A stretch of 35,324 nt of DNA, taken from assembly GCA_030622435.1 (NCBI GenBank), contig JAUXGE010000003.1, positions 1 through 35,324 of the forward strand, given 5' to 3'. The notes under the pieces are model-generated. The model saw nothing but the letters and a program-made list of their open reading frames with translations, ran no database searches and was not told where the DNA came from. This DNA is from Planctomycetota bacterium (lineage in GTDB: Bacteria; Planctomycetota; Phycisphaerae; UBA1845). How positions within the stretch are numbered: position 1 is the stretch's first letter; each line of letters opens with the position of its first letter. The position numbers and the translations under genes are program-made. This document shows positions 9,187 through 18,129 of the stretch, in pieces.

Positions 9187-11804
9187 CGCTCACCTCCTAT
9201 TGATTCCTCGGTCAATTTGTTGACGATTGTCTCCAGAGCGGCCAGGCGTACATCGAGCCGCTCGTTCTGTTTCTTCAATCTGTCGACCTCTGCATCCTTC
9301 TCTTTCACGATGTCATACAACCCCTGTATGGCTGCCAGGGCGACGCCGTCGGCGTCCTGCATATTGATGGCCGCGTCGCTTTCGCCGAATCCGAACTCGG
9401 CGAAGTCCTGCGCCACCGGCCCGATGTGGCGAATGGATGGGTCCTGGCTCTTCAGGTTGTACGTTTGAATGGGCAGCTCTGCCACTTGCTCAAGGGCTGC
9501 CCGTTGGTCTACCGGCTCGAAGTTCTCCTTCGTGTTCCGGTCGCTGACGCCGTTCCACGAGTTGCCCCCGGCGGAAACATAGACGCCGCTGGTCAGACCG
9601 GAACTCGTGTAGAAGTAAACGCCGCCGCTGGCCCGTGCAACCCAACGATTGTTGTTGTTGCACTCGACATCGGCAGTTGAGGAATCACCCCAGACGAAGC
9701 AGCCGGCATTGTTGGCTTTGGCCCTGTACCCGGCGGCGAGACTATACGACCCCTGGGCGCTGTTTTCCCTCCCTCCAGGAACGGTGGCGTGCCCGCCACC
9801 CGCGTTGTTCCCTTCACCGCCGGCGACCGTGGCCCACGAGCTGCTAGCCGTGTTGTTGTAGCCGCCGCCTACGAAGCTGTACCAGTTGCTTGCGTCGCAA
9901 TGCCGTCCACCGACTACGGCGGAATAGGTTCCGGTCGCGTTGCAGTCGCTGCCGCCGGCAACTGTAGCATGGCCTTCGCCCGCGCCGCTGGCAGTGTTGC
10001 CGTGTCCACCTGCAACCGTGGAATAGGCAGTGCTCGCAAGGTTGTTGTTTCCACCACCGACCGTCCCATAGTTGGCTGCAACGCGGTTGGCGGCACCGGA
10101 GGCTCCGCCACCACTGACGGTACCCCCGTAAACGCCGGCGGATACGTAGTTGTCGGCGTATCCGGCAACGAAGTTCGGGCTCGTGGCATCAGTTTCAATG
10201 CGTAGCCCACGGCCGCCGTTGACGTGAAGTTCCAGGTCGCCGCTGGAGCTTATCACGTTTGTCGTACCGTTGATGGTGATCGAGCTGCCGCTCGTGATGG
10301 TTCCGCTCGCGTGAATGTTCCCATCGACGTCCAGGCGCTCGCCGGGACTTACCGTTCCGATGCCCACATCGCCGTCGCTCTTGATCGTCAGTCGAGGCAA
10401 CGATGAGCTGGATCCGGCCGGCGTTGTGTTCAGCACAAGCCGACCGGGCATGTCGCTCGTTCCGGGCGTGCCATCCGCGAAGGCCGTAATTGACGCGGAA
10501 TTACGGTAGGCACTGCCGTCATACCCCCGAAAGCGAATTGCGCCTGTCCGGTCGTCCTCCACCAGGGAGGCCGGTGTTCCAATAGATCCGCGGCTGTTCT
10601 CAAAGTCGAAGCTCCAGGATCCACCGTCTGAGTACGAACGGTGTTTGGGGTCGAAGTTGACCATGTGAAAGCTGTTTCTTACGTCGAGTAGCGCGCCGGG
10701 GCTGTTGGTGCCGATCCCGACGCCGCCCGAAGCCCGAATGAGGAACTGGTCGTTGCCGGTGGAGGTGAAGTCGGCATCGGTCGAATCGGCCCAGACGAAC
10801 GTTCCCTGATGGTTCACGATGGCGCGGCGTCCAGCCGCTAGGCTGAAGTCACCTTCTGCGCGGTTGTACGTTCCTCCGGGGATCGCGCTGTACTCGCCGC
10901 TTGCCGTATTGCGATACCCGCCGGCCACGGTCGCGTACGTCGTTTCGGTCCGATTGGACCGGCCTCCACCAACGACGCTGGCCTCTCCATCGGCCACGTT
11001 GCTCTCTCCGCCACCGACCGTAGACCACGGCCGGTTTGCGATGCTCGCGCGCCCGCCTCCAACAGTGGCGTACGTCGCGAGTGCCGTGTTGTAGGCGCCT
11101 CCTGAGATTGTCGCAAACATCGCATCTGACGGGTCGCCGTCTATTGTACCGGCCCGGTTGAACGCGCCGCCGGCCACTGTGCCATGGTCGTCGGTAACGG
11201 CGTTTAACTGTCCTCCGCCGATGGTTGCGTGGGCGCCGCCGGCCTCATTGTATTCGCCGCCGCCGATAACACCGAAGTCACCAGTGATGGTTTGCGCAGC
11301 CCCAGTGGACCCGCCTCCGCCGATCGTTGCACCCGCCACGCCTGCAGCGACATCGTTGCTGGGAGAGCCGCCGATGATGTTCGGGCTGGAAGGATCCTGC
11401 TCAGTGCGCAGCCCAGGCAAAGCCAGCGCATGTGGCGCCGGCGTCAGCTCTGTGCGCGGACTGAGTGTCTCCAGTGTGCATCCGCCGGAAGGGCAGCAGA
11501 CGGCCATCTCCAGCCAGCGGGCCTGGCCGTTGAACTGCTCGCCGAAGTCCAACTCCATGGTAAAGAGACCTTCGTTGACGACCACGGCGGCAAGAGACAA
11601 CGTCGTGGAAAGCTGGTTCCCATCCGACGGTTCGTCATAGAGGCCGAAAGCGAACTCGCATGAACCCGTGACTGGGCTACCTTCGCTAGCAAGGTGCCCC
11701 TGATACGTGAAGGCCGTGCCCATCGGAGCCGGTGCGCCGGTCGCACCGGCGAACGGGATCAGGAAACCCGAAATGACCACGACGACAAGAATTGGCTTTC
11801 TCAT
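9183..11804 (-). CDS. Secreted trimeric tail-fibre-like adhesin with C-terminal peptidase S74 intramolecular chaperone
   Basis: Signal peptide from ATG 11804 (GGGAG upstream); TAFTYQG N-domain; Gly-rich xTVxGGxxNxAxG repeats; VGIGTxSP shaft motifs; SDRNTKEN...HIGPVAQDF...LAAIQGL S74 signature plus terminal coiled coil. Confidence 0.85.
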   Translation of the reverse strand: MRKPILVVVVISGFLIPFAGATGAPAPMGTAFTYQGHLASEGSPVTGSCEFAFGLYDEPSDGNQLSTTLSLAAVVVNEGLFTMELDFGEQFNGQARWLEMAVCCPSGGCTLETLSPRTELTPAPHALALPGLRTEQDPSSPNIIGGSPSNDVAAGVAGATIGGGGSTGAAQTITGDFGVIGGGEYNEAGGAHATIGGGQLNAVTDDHGTVAGGAFNRAGTIDGDPSDAMFATISGGAYNTALATYATVGGGRASIANRPWSTVGGGESNVADGEASVVGGGRSNRTETTYATVAGGYRNTASGEYSAIPGGTYNRAEGDFSLAAGRRAIVNHQGTFVWADSTDADFTSTGNDQFLIRASGGVGIGTNSPGALLDVRNSFHMVNFDPKHRSYSDGGSWSFDFENSRGSIGTPASLVEDDRTGAIRFRGYDGSAYRNSASITAFADGTPGTSDMPGRLVLNTTPAGSSSSLPRLTIKSDGDVGIGTVSPGERLDVDGNIHASGTITSGSSITINGTTNVISSSGDLELHVNGGRGLRIETDATSPNFVAGYADNYVSAGVYGGTVSGGGASGAANRVAANYGTVGGGNNNLASTAYSTVAGGHGNTASGAGEGHATVAGGSDCNATGTYSAVVGGRHCDASNWYSFVGGGYNNTASSSWATVAGGEGNNAGGGHATVPGGRENSAQGSYSLAAGYRAKANNAGCFVWGDSSTADVECNNNNRWVARASGGVYFYTSSGLTSGVYVSAGGNSWNGVSDRNTKENFEPVDQRAALEQVAELPIQTYNLKSQDPSIRHIGPVAQDFAEFGFGESDAAINMQDADGVALAAIQGLYDIVKEKDAEVDRLKKQNERLDVRLAALETIVNKLTEESIGGER

Positions 11805-12107
11805 AGCTTCGCTCCCTGTAAAACATGAAAGGGCCGATAGGGGACAAGAGGGACGCATTCATCAAACGACATTGCTAGAAGCATCCTCCCTCCGGTCAAC
11901 CGCTGTGCAGGTGGGGCACCGCTCTGCCGAGGCCGCGGCTTCCCCCTGCCAGACTACGCTCCCGGTCGCTCCTCCTGCCCACTCGGTGGCGGACGCCACG
12001 ACCATTGCCTTAGATGCGCAACCGGGCCCAGTGAGAAGAGGCTGTAGAAGACGATGAGACGAGCCGGCCCGAAGGCCGGCACGAGCCCGATAAGCTCACC
12101 AGAAGCG

Positions 12108-12136
12108 ATTATACGAGAAATCCCGTACTGAATCAA
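12108..12136 (-). promoter_or_regulatory. sigma70-type promoter for the fibre gene cluster
   Basis: Minus strand TTGATT (12136-12131)-N17-TATAAT (12113-12108). Confidence 0.7.
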
Positions 12137-12427
12137 CCCTCACGTCCCTGGCGAGGATCGAACCACCAGTGTACAAGGCGGCTGGTCCATCGGCGTGAAC
12201 GTTGATTGTCTGGTCCGTTTCTTGCTTGTTATGGATTGTCGCGGACGGGTCGATTCGTCGCGCGGTCGAGAGTCGAGCCGCAGGTTTGGATAGAACAAGG
12301 TGAAACGCCGCGGTTGCCGATAGGGGAGCCGGGTAGCGGTCAGGCCTGTGGTCTGAGTGTTGCCGCCCCACCGGCATCAGCGGCGCGAACTAGGGATGAG
12401 GACCTCTGTGGTCCGCTGGCGCCCACG

Positions 12428-13984
12428 ATGAATCCGGTCGGACTTGAAAATCGTAACGACCCTTCGCCTCCTCAATTTGATCAGGAGCCGTCGACCGTGG
12501 ATGTCACCTTGTCCGTGCAAGACGCTCACCCCCACCCGCCTCAGAAACTCAGCGGCCTTCAATGGTCTGCGATCCTTCTGGGAGTGGCCGCCTTCGCTTT
12601 CCTACTTTACACCTCGCTCACGGGCGACCACGGTCACGGCGGTCACGGTACACACGAGCATGCCCCGGCCATGTGGTCGATCATCCCGTTCGCCGGGCTA
12701 CTGCTATCGATCGCAATCCTGCCACTGATTCCTGCAACGGAGCACTGGTGGGAAAGCAATCAGAACCGGCTCATGGTGTCCTTGTGTTTTGCCGGGATCA
12801 CCTTGGCGTACTACTTTCTCACATATGGAGCGTCGAAGGTCACGACGATTCTGGACCACGCGATCCTGGCGGAGTACATCCCGTTCATCGTGCTGCTGTT
12901 TTCACTGTACGTGATTAGCGGGGGCATCAGTCTGAAGGGCGACCTGGCGGCGCACCCATCGACGAACACGGCCTTTCTAGCCGTCGGCGCTCTGATCGCG
13001 AGTTTTGTCGGGACGACCGGCGCGAGCATGCTGCTGATCCGCCCGCTTCTTCAGACGAACTCCGAACGGCAGTACGTCCGGCACACGGTGATCTTCTTCA
13101 TCTTCCTCGTGAGCAACATCGGCGGGTGCCTGCTGCCGATCGGCGATCCGCCGCTGTTCCTGGGGTATTTGAAGGGCGTGGGTTTCTTGTGGACCCTGAA
13201 CCTGTGGATGCCGTGGGCGACGATGTGCGTGATCCTCCTGATCGTCTACTTCGTCTGGGACACCCTGGCGTACCGGAAGGAAACGATCCGTGACATCGTG
13301 CGTGACGAGACACAGGTGCGGAAGCTGAAGCTCACCGGCAAGCTGAATCTGCTCTGGCTCCTTGGAGTGGTGCTGTGCGTGGCGTTGGTCAAGCCGGGTC
13401 AGGAGTTCCTCGGGCTGGGCTTCAAGCCGTTCCCGTTCATGCGCGAGGCGCTCATGCTGCTGCTCGTCGCATTGTCCCTGAGGTTCACCAGGAAGCAGAT
13501 TCGCTCGGACAACCGGTTCAACTACCACGCCATTCTCGAGGTGGCGGCGCTTTTCGTCGGCATTTTCATCTGCATGCAGGCGCCGATCGAGATTCTTCGT
13601 GCCAGCGGTGCGTCACTCGAGCCGCTGCTCAGCTCTCCCATGCGTTTCTTCTGGGCGACCGGCACGCTATCGAGCTTCCTCGACAACGCCCCGACCTACG
13701 TGGTCTTTTTCGAGACCGCCGGAACGATGACACCCGCCGACACGGCGGCTGAAACGGTCACCTTGGCCGGCGGTGGGATGATCCTCGAGAGCTTCCTCGT
13801 GGCGATCTCGCTCGGAGCGGTGTTTATGGGGGCGATGACGTACATCGGCAACGGTCCGAACTTCATGGTCAAGAGCATCGCCGAGCAGTCAGGCATTCGC
13901 ATGCCGAGCTTCTTCGGGTATATGCTCTACAGTTGTGCGATCCTGATCCCCCTGCTCATCGTTGTGACGCTCATCTTCTTATAG
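12428..13984 (+). CDS. Ion-transporter (IT) superfamily membrane protein, sodium:proton antiporter / CitMHS_2-like
   Basis: Many TM segments; [40 protein letters not shown] and [12 protein letters not shown] motifs. Start uncertain (12428 ATG or 12497 GTG; frame is open from 12206). Confidence 0.8.
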   Translation: MNPVGLENRNDPSPPQFDQEPSTVDVTLSVQDAHPHPPQKLSGLQWSAILLGVAAFAFLLYTSLTGDHGHGGHGTHEHAPAMWSIIPFAGLLLSIAILPLIPATEHWWESNQNRLMVSLCFAGITLAYYFLTYGASKVTTILDHAILAEYIPFIVLLFSLYVISGGISLKGDLAAHPSTNTAFLAVGALIASFVGTTGASMLLIRPLLQTNSERQYVRHTVIFFIFLVSNIGGCLLPIGDPPLFLGYLKGVGFLWTLNLWMPWATMCVILLIVYFVWDTLAYRKETIRDIVRDETQVRKLKLTGKLNLLWLLGVVLCVALVKPGQEFLGLGFKPFPFMREALMLLLVALSLRFTRKQIRSDNRFNYHAILEVAALFVGIFICMQAPIEILRASGASLEPLLSSPMRFFWATGTLSSFLDNAPTYVVFFETAGTMTPADTAAETVTLAGGGMILESFLVAISLGAVFMGAMTYIGNGPNFMVKSIAEQSGIRMPSFFGYMLYSCAILIPLLIVVTLIFL

Positions 13985-14010
13985 TGAACAAGGCAACGAC
14001 GACCGGGCCA

Positions 14011-14192
14011 TAGCCCGCATTATTCACCGCGGAGCACGCGGAGATCGCAGAGAAACAAGAGGTATTGCAGTCTCGATGAGCCAAGTCGTTTACATACTGT
14101 CGGAACGAGGAGGCTTCCGATTCTGTCTTAACCTCTCTTGCAACGCTGCTCTGCGCTCTTGGCGCTCTCAGCGGTTTGAATAATCCGAGCTA
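14011..14192. mobile_element. MITE-like element with 16-bp TIRs and internal inverted repeat pair
   Basis: TAGCCCGCATTATTCA (14011-14026) vs TGAATAATCCGAGCTA (14177-14192), 14/16 match; internal ACCGCGGAGCACGCGGAGATCGCAGAG / CTCTGCGCTCTTGGCGCTCTCAGCGGT inverted pair. Confidence 0.7.
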
Positions 14193-14204
14193 GCGAGTAA
14201 AAGC

Positions 14205-14708
14205 ATGGATGCACAGGCGCCACTACCAGAACCGCCCGGTCATGCCGGTTTTCGATGGGGGCCCATGCTGCTGGTCGTGGCCGTGTTGGCGCTCTACTTC
14301 GTCATGACCCGACCCCAGCCGCCCCTGGAGGGATGGCACACCGACTACGAAGCGGCGCTGGTGGAGGCGGGCTCGTCGAGCCGTCTCGTGCTCGTGGCGT
14401 TCTCGCTTCCTGGCTGCGCCCCGTGCAAGGCCATGGAACGGACCGTCCTGAACATGGGTGAGGTCCGATCCGCACTCGAACGGTTCGTTCCCGTCAGGGT
14501 CGATCTGAGCCAGAGGCTCGACGTCGCCAACCGGTTCGCGGTTTTTGCCGCGCCTACGTACATCATCATCGATGCGGAAGGACAGTTGCTCGGCAAGCGC
14601 GAAGGACCGCAAACGGTCGAGGGCTTCGTCGCGTTTCTTCAAGAAGCTTCTACGAATCCCCGCCGCGACACCGCCCCAACGGAGGGAGGCCCGACAGGCG
14701 GTCCTTGA
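14205..14708 (+). CDS. Membrane-anchored thioredoxin-fold protein
   Basis: N-terminal TM segment, GCAPC CxxC motif, FVPVRVD and AAPT (cis-Pro) motifs. Confidence 0.8.
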   Translation: MDAQAPLPEPPGHAGFRWGPMLLVVAVLALYFVMTRPQPPLEGWHTDYEAALVEAGSSSRLVLVAFSLPGCAPCKAMERTVLNMGEVRSALERFVPVRVDLSQRLDVANRFAVFAAPTYIIIDAEGQLLGKREGPQTVEGFVAFLQEASTNPRRDTAPTEGGPTGGP

Positions 14709-17517
14709 GAAACTGACCGGTGTGGCTCTCGGGGCAGGCGGCCACCTGTTCCGGCGTACCTTCGACAACAATGGACCCACCGCGATCTCCGCCTTCCGGA
14801 CCCAGATCGATGATCCAATCCGCCACCTTGATGACATCGAGATTGTGCTCGATGACGACAACGGTTTGACCGCGGTCGGCCAGCCGCCCAAGCAGGGTCA
14901 GAAGGTTCCGCACATCGGCGAAATGCAGTCCCGTCGTAGGTTCGTCCAGGACGTACATGGTGTGTCCGTCGGCGGACTTGTGAAGCTCGGCCGCAAGCCG
15001 CACACGCTGCGCCTCGCCACCCGAAAGCGTGTTGGACGATTGCCCGAGCGTCATATAGCCCAGTCCGACCTCCTTCAGTGCCTGCAGTCTGCGCCGGATG
15101 TTAGCGAAGTTGTCGAAGAACTCCGTGGCTTCTTCCACCGGCAAGTTCAGCACGTCGGCTATCGTCTTGCCGCGGTAGCGAACATCGAGCGTCTCGCGGT
15201 TGTACCGTGAGCCGCCGCACTCCCCGCAGGTCACGAACACGTCCGGTAGGAAATGCATCGCTATGCGTTTCGTTCCCTGCCCCTCACAGGCCTCGCAGCG
15301 ACCACCCTTGACGTTGAAGCTGAATCGCGCGGGTGCGTAACCGCGGATCTTCGCCTCGCGCGTCTTCGCGTAGAGCTGACGGATCAGATCGAAAACGCCG
15401 ACATAGGTGGCCGGGTTGCTTCGCGGCGTGCGACCGATCGGCGACTGATCGATCTGGATCACCTTGTCAATCTGATGGCTCCCTACGATACGCTCGTAGG
15501 GACCGGGACGTGGGCCGGCGCGCTCGATCCGACGTTTCAACACCCGCAGCAGGACCTGTGTGATCAGAGTGCTCTTGCCGCTACCGGAAACGCCTGTCAC
15601 ACAGACGAAGCAACCGAGGGGGAACCGGGCGTTGATGCCTTTGAGATTGTTGGCCGTGACTCCGCGCAGCTCGACGGCGTGGGATGGGTCCGCCTGCCGC
15701 CGCTTCTCGGGCAGGGCGATTGTCGATCGTCCCGACAGGAACTTGGCCGTGATCGAATCAGTCGAGGCGAGAACCTCGTCAAGAGATCCCTGTGCCACCA
15801 CGTGACCACCGCGCGCGCCGGCGCCCGGACCGATGTCGATCACGAGGGCCGCACCGGCGATCACTTCCTCGTCGTGCTCGACGACGATCACCGTATTATC
15901 CATCTCGCCCAATCGCTTCAGGATTCCGACGAGTCGCCGCGTGTCTCTGGCGTGCAGTCCGATGGTCGGTTCGTCGAGCACGTAACACACACCCGCCAAG
16001 CCGCTGCCGATCTGCGTCGCCAGCCTGATTCGCTGCCATTCGCCACCTGAAAGCGATGTGCTCGTTCTACTCAGTGACAGGTAGTCGACACCCACGTCAC
16101 ACAGGAAGCGCAGTCGGTTGCGGATCTCGTGCAGCAATGGGGAAGCCACCACGGCCGCTTCCCCGGAGAATGACAATCCGTCGAAGAAAGACCTCGCCTC
16201 GGCCACGGTCATGGCCGCAACCCCGGCGACATCCATACCGGCGACTTTGACGGCCAGCGCCTCTTTCCTGAGCCTCGCCCCGGCGCAACTCGCGCACGGC
16301 GCTTCGCTCAGGAAGGTGTGCAGCTTCTGCTTGGCCGACTCGGACTCTGTGGTCTCCCACCGCCGCCTGAGATTCGGAATGACGCCCTCGAACGTCGCAC
16401 CGAACCGCTCGGCGTCGGACGAAGCCGTCCCGTCCATCAGGATCTTCACGAGTTCGGCGGGGATATTGCGAAACGGAATGTCCGGCAACACCGAGAACCG
16501 CTCGCAGAACTCCTCGAGCAGCTTGGCGTACACGGCACTGAGCCGTTTACCCTGATGGCGCCAGGCCGCGATGGCGCCGTCCCGCATGGAAACGTTCGGG
16601 TCGGGAACGATCAGCTCCCGGTCGAACTCCAGCATCGTGCCCAGACCGTTGCACAGCTCGCACGCGCCGTGCGGGGAATTGAAACTGAACAGAGCCGGCG
16701 AGAGATTCTCGATGCGGACGTCAACATGGACCGGGCAGGCCAACATCGCACTGTACGCCTCGTCCGACCACTGATCCCGGGCCAACTCCGCCGTGATGAC
16801 AACCCGACCTCTCGAGAGGCGAGTGGCCGTCTCTATGCTGTCCGCCAGCCGATGATCGATACCCGGCTTGATGACGAGCCGGTCGACCACAACTTCGATC
16901 GTGTGTTTGCGGTTCGGATGTAGAACGCCGACATCTTCGAGCAACATTGTCTCGCCGTCGATTCGTGCACGCACGAACCCTTCCTTGCCGGCGCGCTCGA
17001 GAATTGCCTTGTGCGAACCTCGCTGGTCCTGAACGAGCGGGGCGAGCACCATGATGCGCTGCCCATGGGGTCCGGACAGAACCGCGTCGACGACCTGTGC
17101 CGTGGACTGGCGTACGATAGGCCGCCCGCACTTCCAGCACTCGGGCCGGCCAACACGTGCGAAAAGTACGCGGAGGTAATCGTGAATCTCGGTGCTGGTT
17201 GCAACGGTGGAGCGTGGGGTGGTGGAGGAAACACGCTGTTCGATCGCGATCGTCGGGGGCAGGCCCTCGATATGATCGACGTCCGGTTTCTGCATCTGTT
17301 CGAGAAACTGACGGGCATAGGCGGAGAGTGATTCGACATAACGCCGCTGCCCTTCTGCATAGATCGTGTCGAAGGCCAGGGAACTCTTCCCGGAGCCGGA
17401 AAGCCCGGTGATAACCGTGAGCGTGCCACGAGGTATCTCGACGTCGACGTTTTTCAGGTTGTGCTGCCGGGCGCCAACGACACGGATGACGGGGCGCCTC
17501 GCCACCGGACCTGTCAT
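14650..17517 (-). CDS. uvrA: Excinuclease ABC subunit A
   Basis: GARQHNLK, two Walker A motifs ([18 protein letters not shown]), LSGGE signatures, Cys zinc fingers, LDEPT motifs. Confidence 0.98.
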   Translation of the reverse strand: MTGPVARRPVIRVVGARQHNLKNVDVEIPRGTLTVITGLSGSGKSSLAFDTIYAEGQRRYVESLSAYARQFLEQMQKPDVDHIEGLPPTIAIEQRVSSTTPRSTVATSTEIHDYLRVLFARVGRPECWKCGRPIVRQSTAQVVDAVLSGPHGQRIMVLAPLVQDQRGSHKAILERAGKEGFVRARIDGETMLLEDVGVLHPNRKHTIEVVVDRLVIKPGIDHRLADSIETATRLSRGRVVITAELARDQWSDEAYSAMLACPVHVDVRIENLSPALFSFNSPHGACELCNGLGTMLEFDRELIVPDPNVSMRDGAIAAWRHQGKRLSAVYAKLLEEFCERFSVLPDIPFRNIPAELVKILMDGTASSDAERFGATFEGVIPNLRRRWETTESESAKQKLHTFLSEAPCASCAGARLRKEALAVKVAGMDVAGVAAMTVAEARSFFDGLSFSGEAAVVASPLLHEIRNRLRFLCDVGVDYLSLSRTSTSLSGGEWQRIRLATQIGSGLAGVCYVLDEPTIGLHARDTRRLVGILKRLGEMDNTVIVVEHDEEVIAGAALVIDIGPGAGARGGHVVAQGSLDEVLASTDSITAKFLSGRSTIALPEKRRQADPSHAVELRGVTANNLKGINARFPLGCFVCVTGVSGSGKSTLITQVLLRVLKRRIERAGPRPGPYERIVGSHQIDKVIQIDQSPIGRTPRSNPATYVGVFDLIRQLYAKTREAKIRGYAPARFSFNVKGGRCEACEGQGTKRIAMHFLPDVFVTCGECGGSRYNRETLDVRYRGKTIADVLNLPVEEATEFFDNFANIRRRLQALKEVGLGYMTLGQSSNTLSGGEAQRVRLAAELHKSADGHTMYVLDEPTTGLHFADVRNLLTLLGRLADRGQTVVVIEHNLDVIKVADWIIDLGPEGGDRGGSIVVEGTPEQVAACPESHTGQFLKDRLSGLPPLGRCRGGDS

Positions 17518-18129
17518 GAATTGTCTCTGATCGTAGTAAGCTGCATGCCGATCCCATCCCCGGCGCGCCCATTCTAGAAACGCGCCACGCGATCAGGCTA
17601 AGCCGAATCGGACGCCGGTTCAAACGCAGCAGAACGATGCGCCTGGGACGCACCATGCGGATCTTGCCGGCACTCTTCGTCCACAGGCCCTTCTCATGTG
17701 CGGAGTACCGGCAGATCTCGCTCGTCAGGGCGGAGAAGATGTCCGAAAATGTCAGGCCCAGGGTGTGGATTCAGCGACCCTCTCGTCCCGCTAACACCGC
17801 CGCTACGCGCGGTCGAAAGGGTTAAGGAGGCCTGAGGGGCGGCAGGTAGGGACTCCATCGACGATTAGGGTGGGTTGGACCCGTCCCGCTGCGAGTCTTA
17901 TACTCAATTGGACCGTATAATAGAGTATAGGTGGGCGCGATGGGCGTGTTTGGGGGCAAGTGCTCTCGAGACGGGACATGTGCGAGTCTCCTGTCGCGCG
18001 AACGCTTGGTTGCACCTTGTCGTAGCAGATAGCGGCGCGGGTTCCGTGACCGCAGCCGGGAGTGGGGACACAAGCCAGGCCGCCCACACGGGGTCGGCAA
18101 TCCCCGGATCGATGTTCTAAGGAGCCAAC

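Noticed and set aside
9183-11804. Prophage or tailocin remnant
   Set aside because: The fibre has a Sec signal peptide, and no capsid, tail, baseplate, lysis or integrase genes are nearby.
12330-12365. SRP (4.5S) RNA
   Set aside because: GGTCAGG is present but the GNRA tetraloop and AGCAG internal-loop motif are absent.
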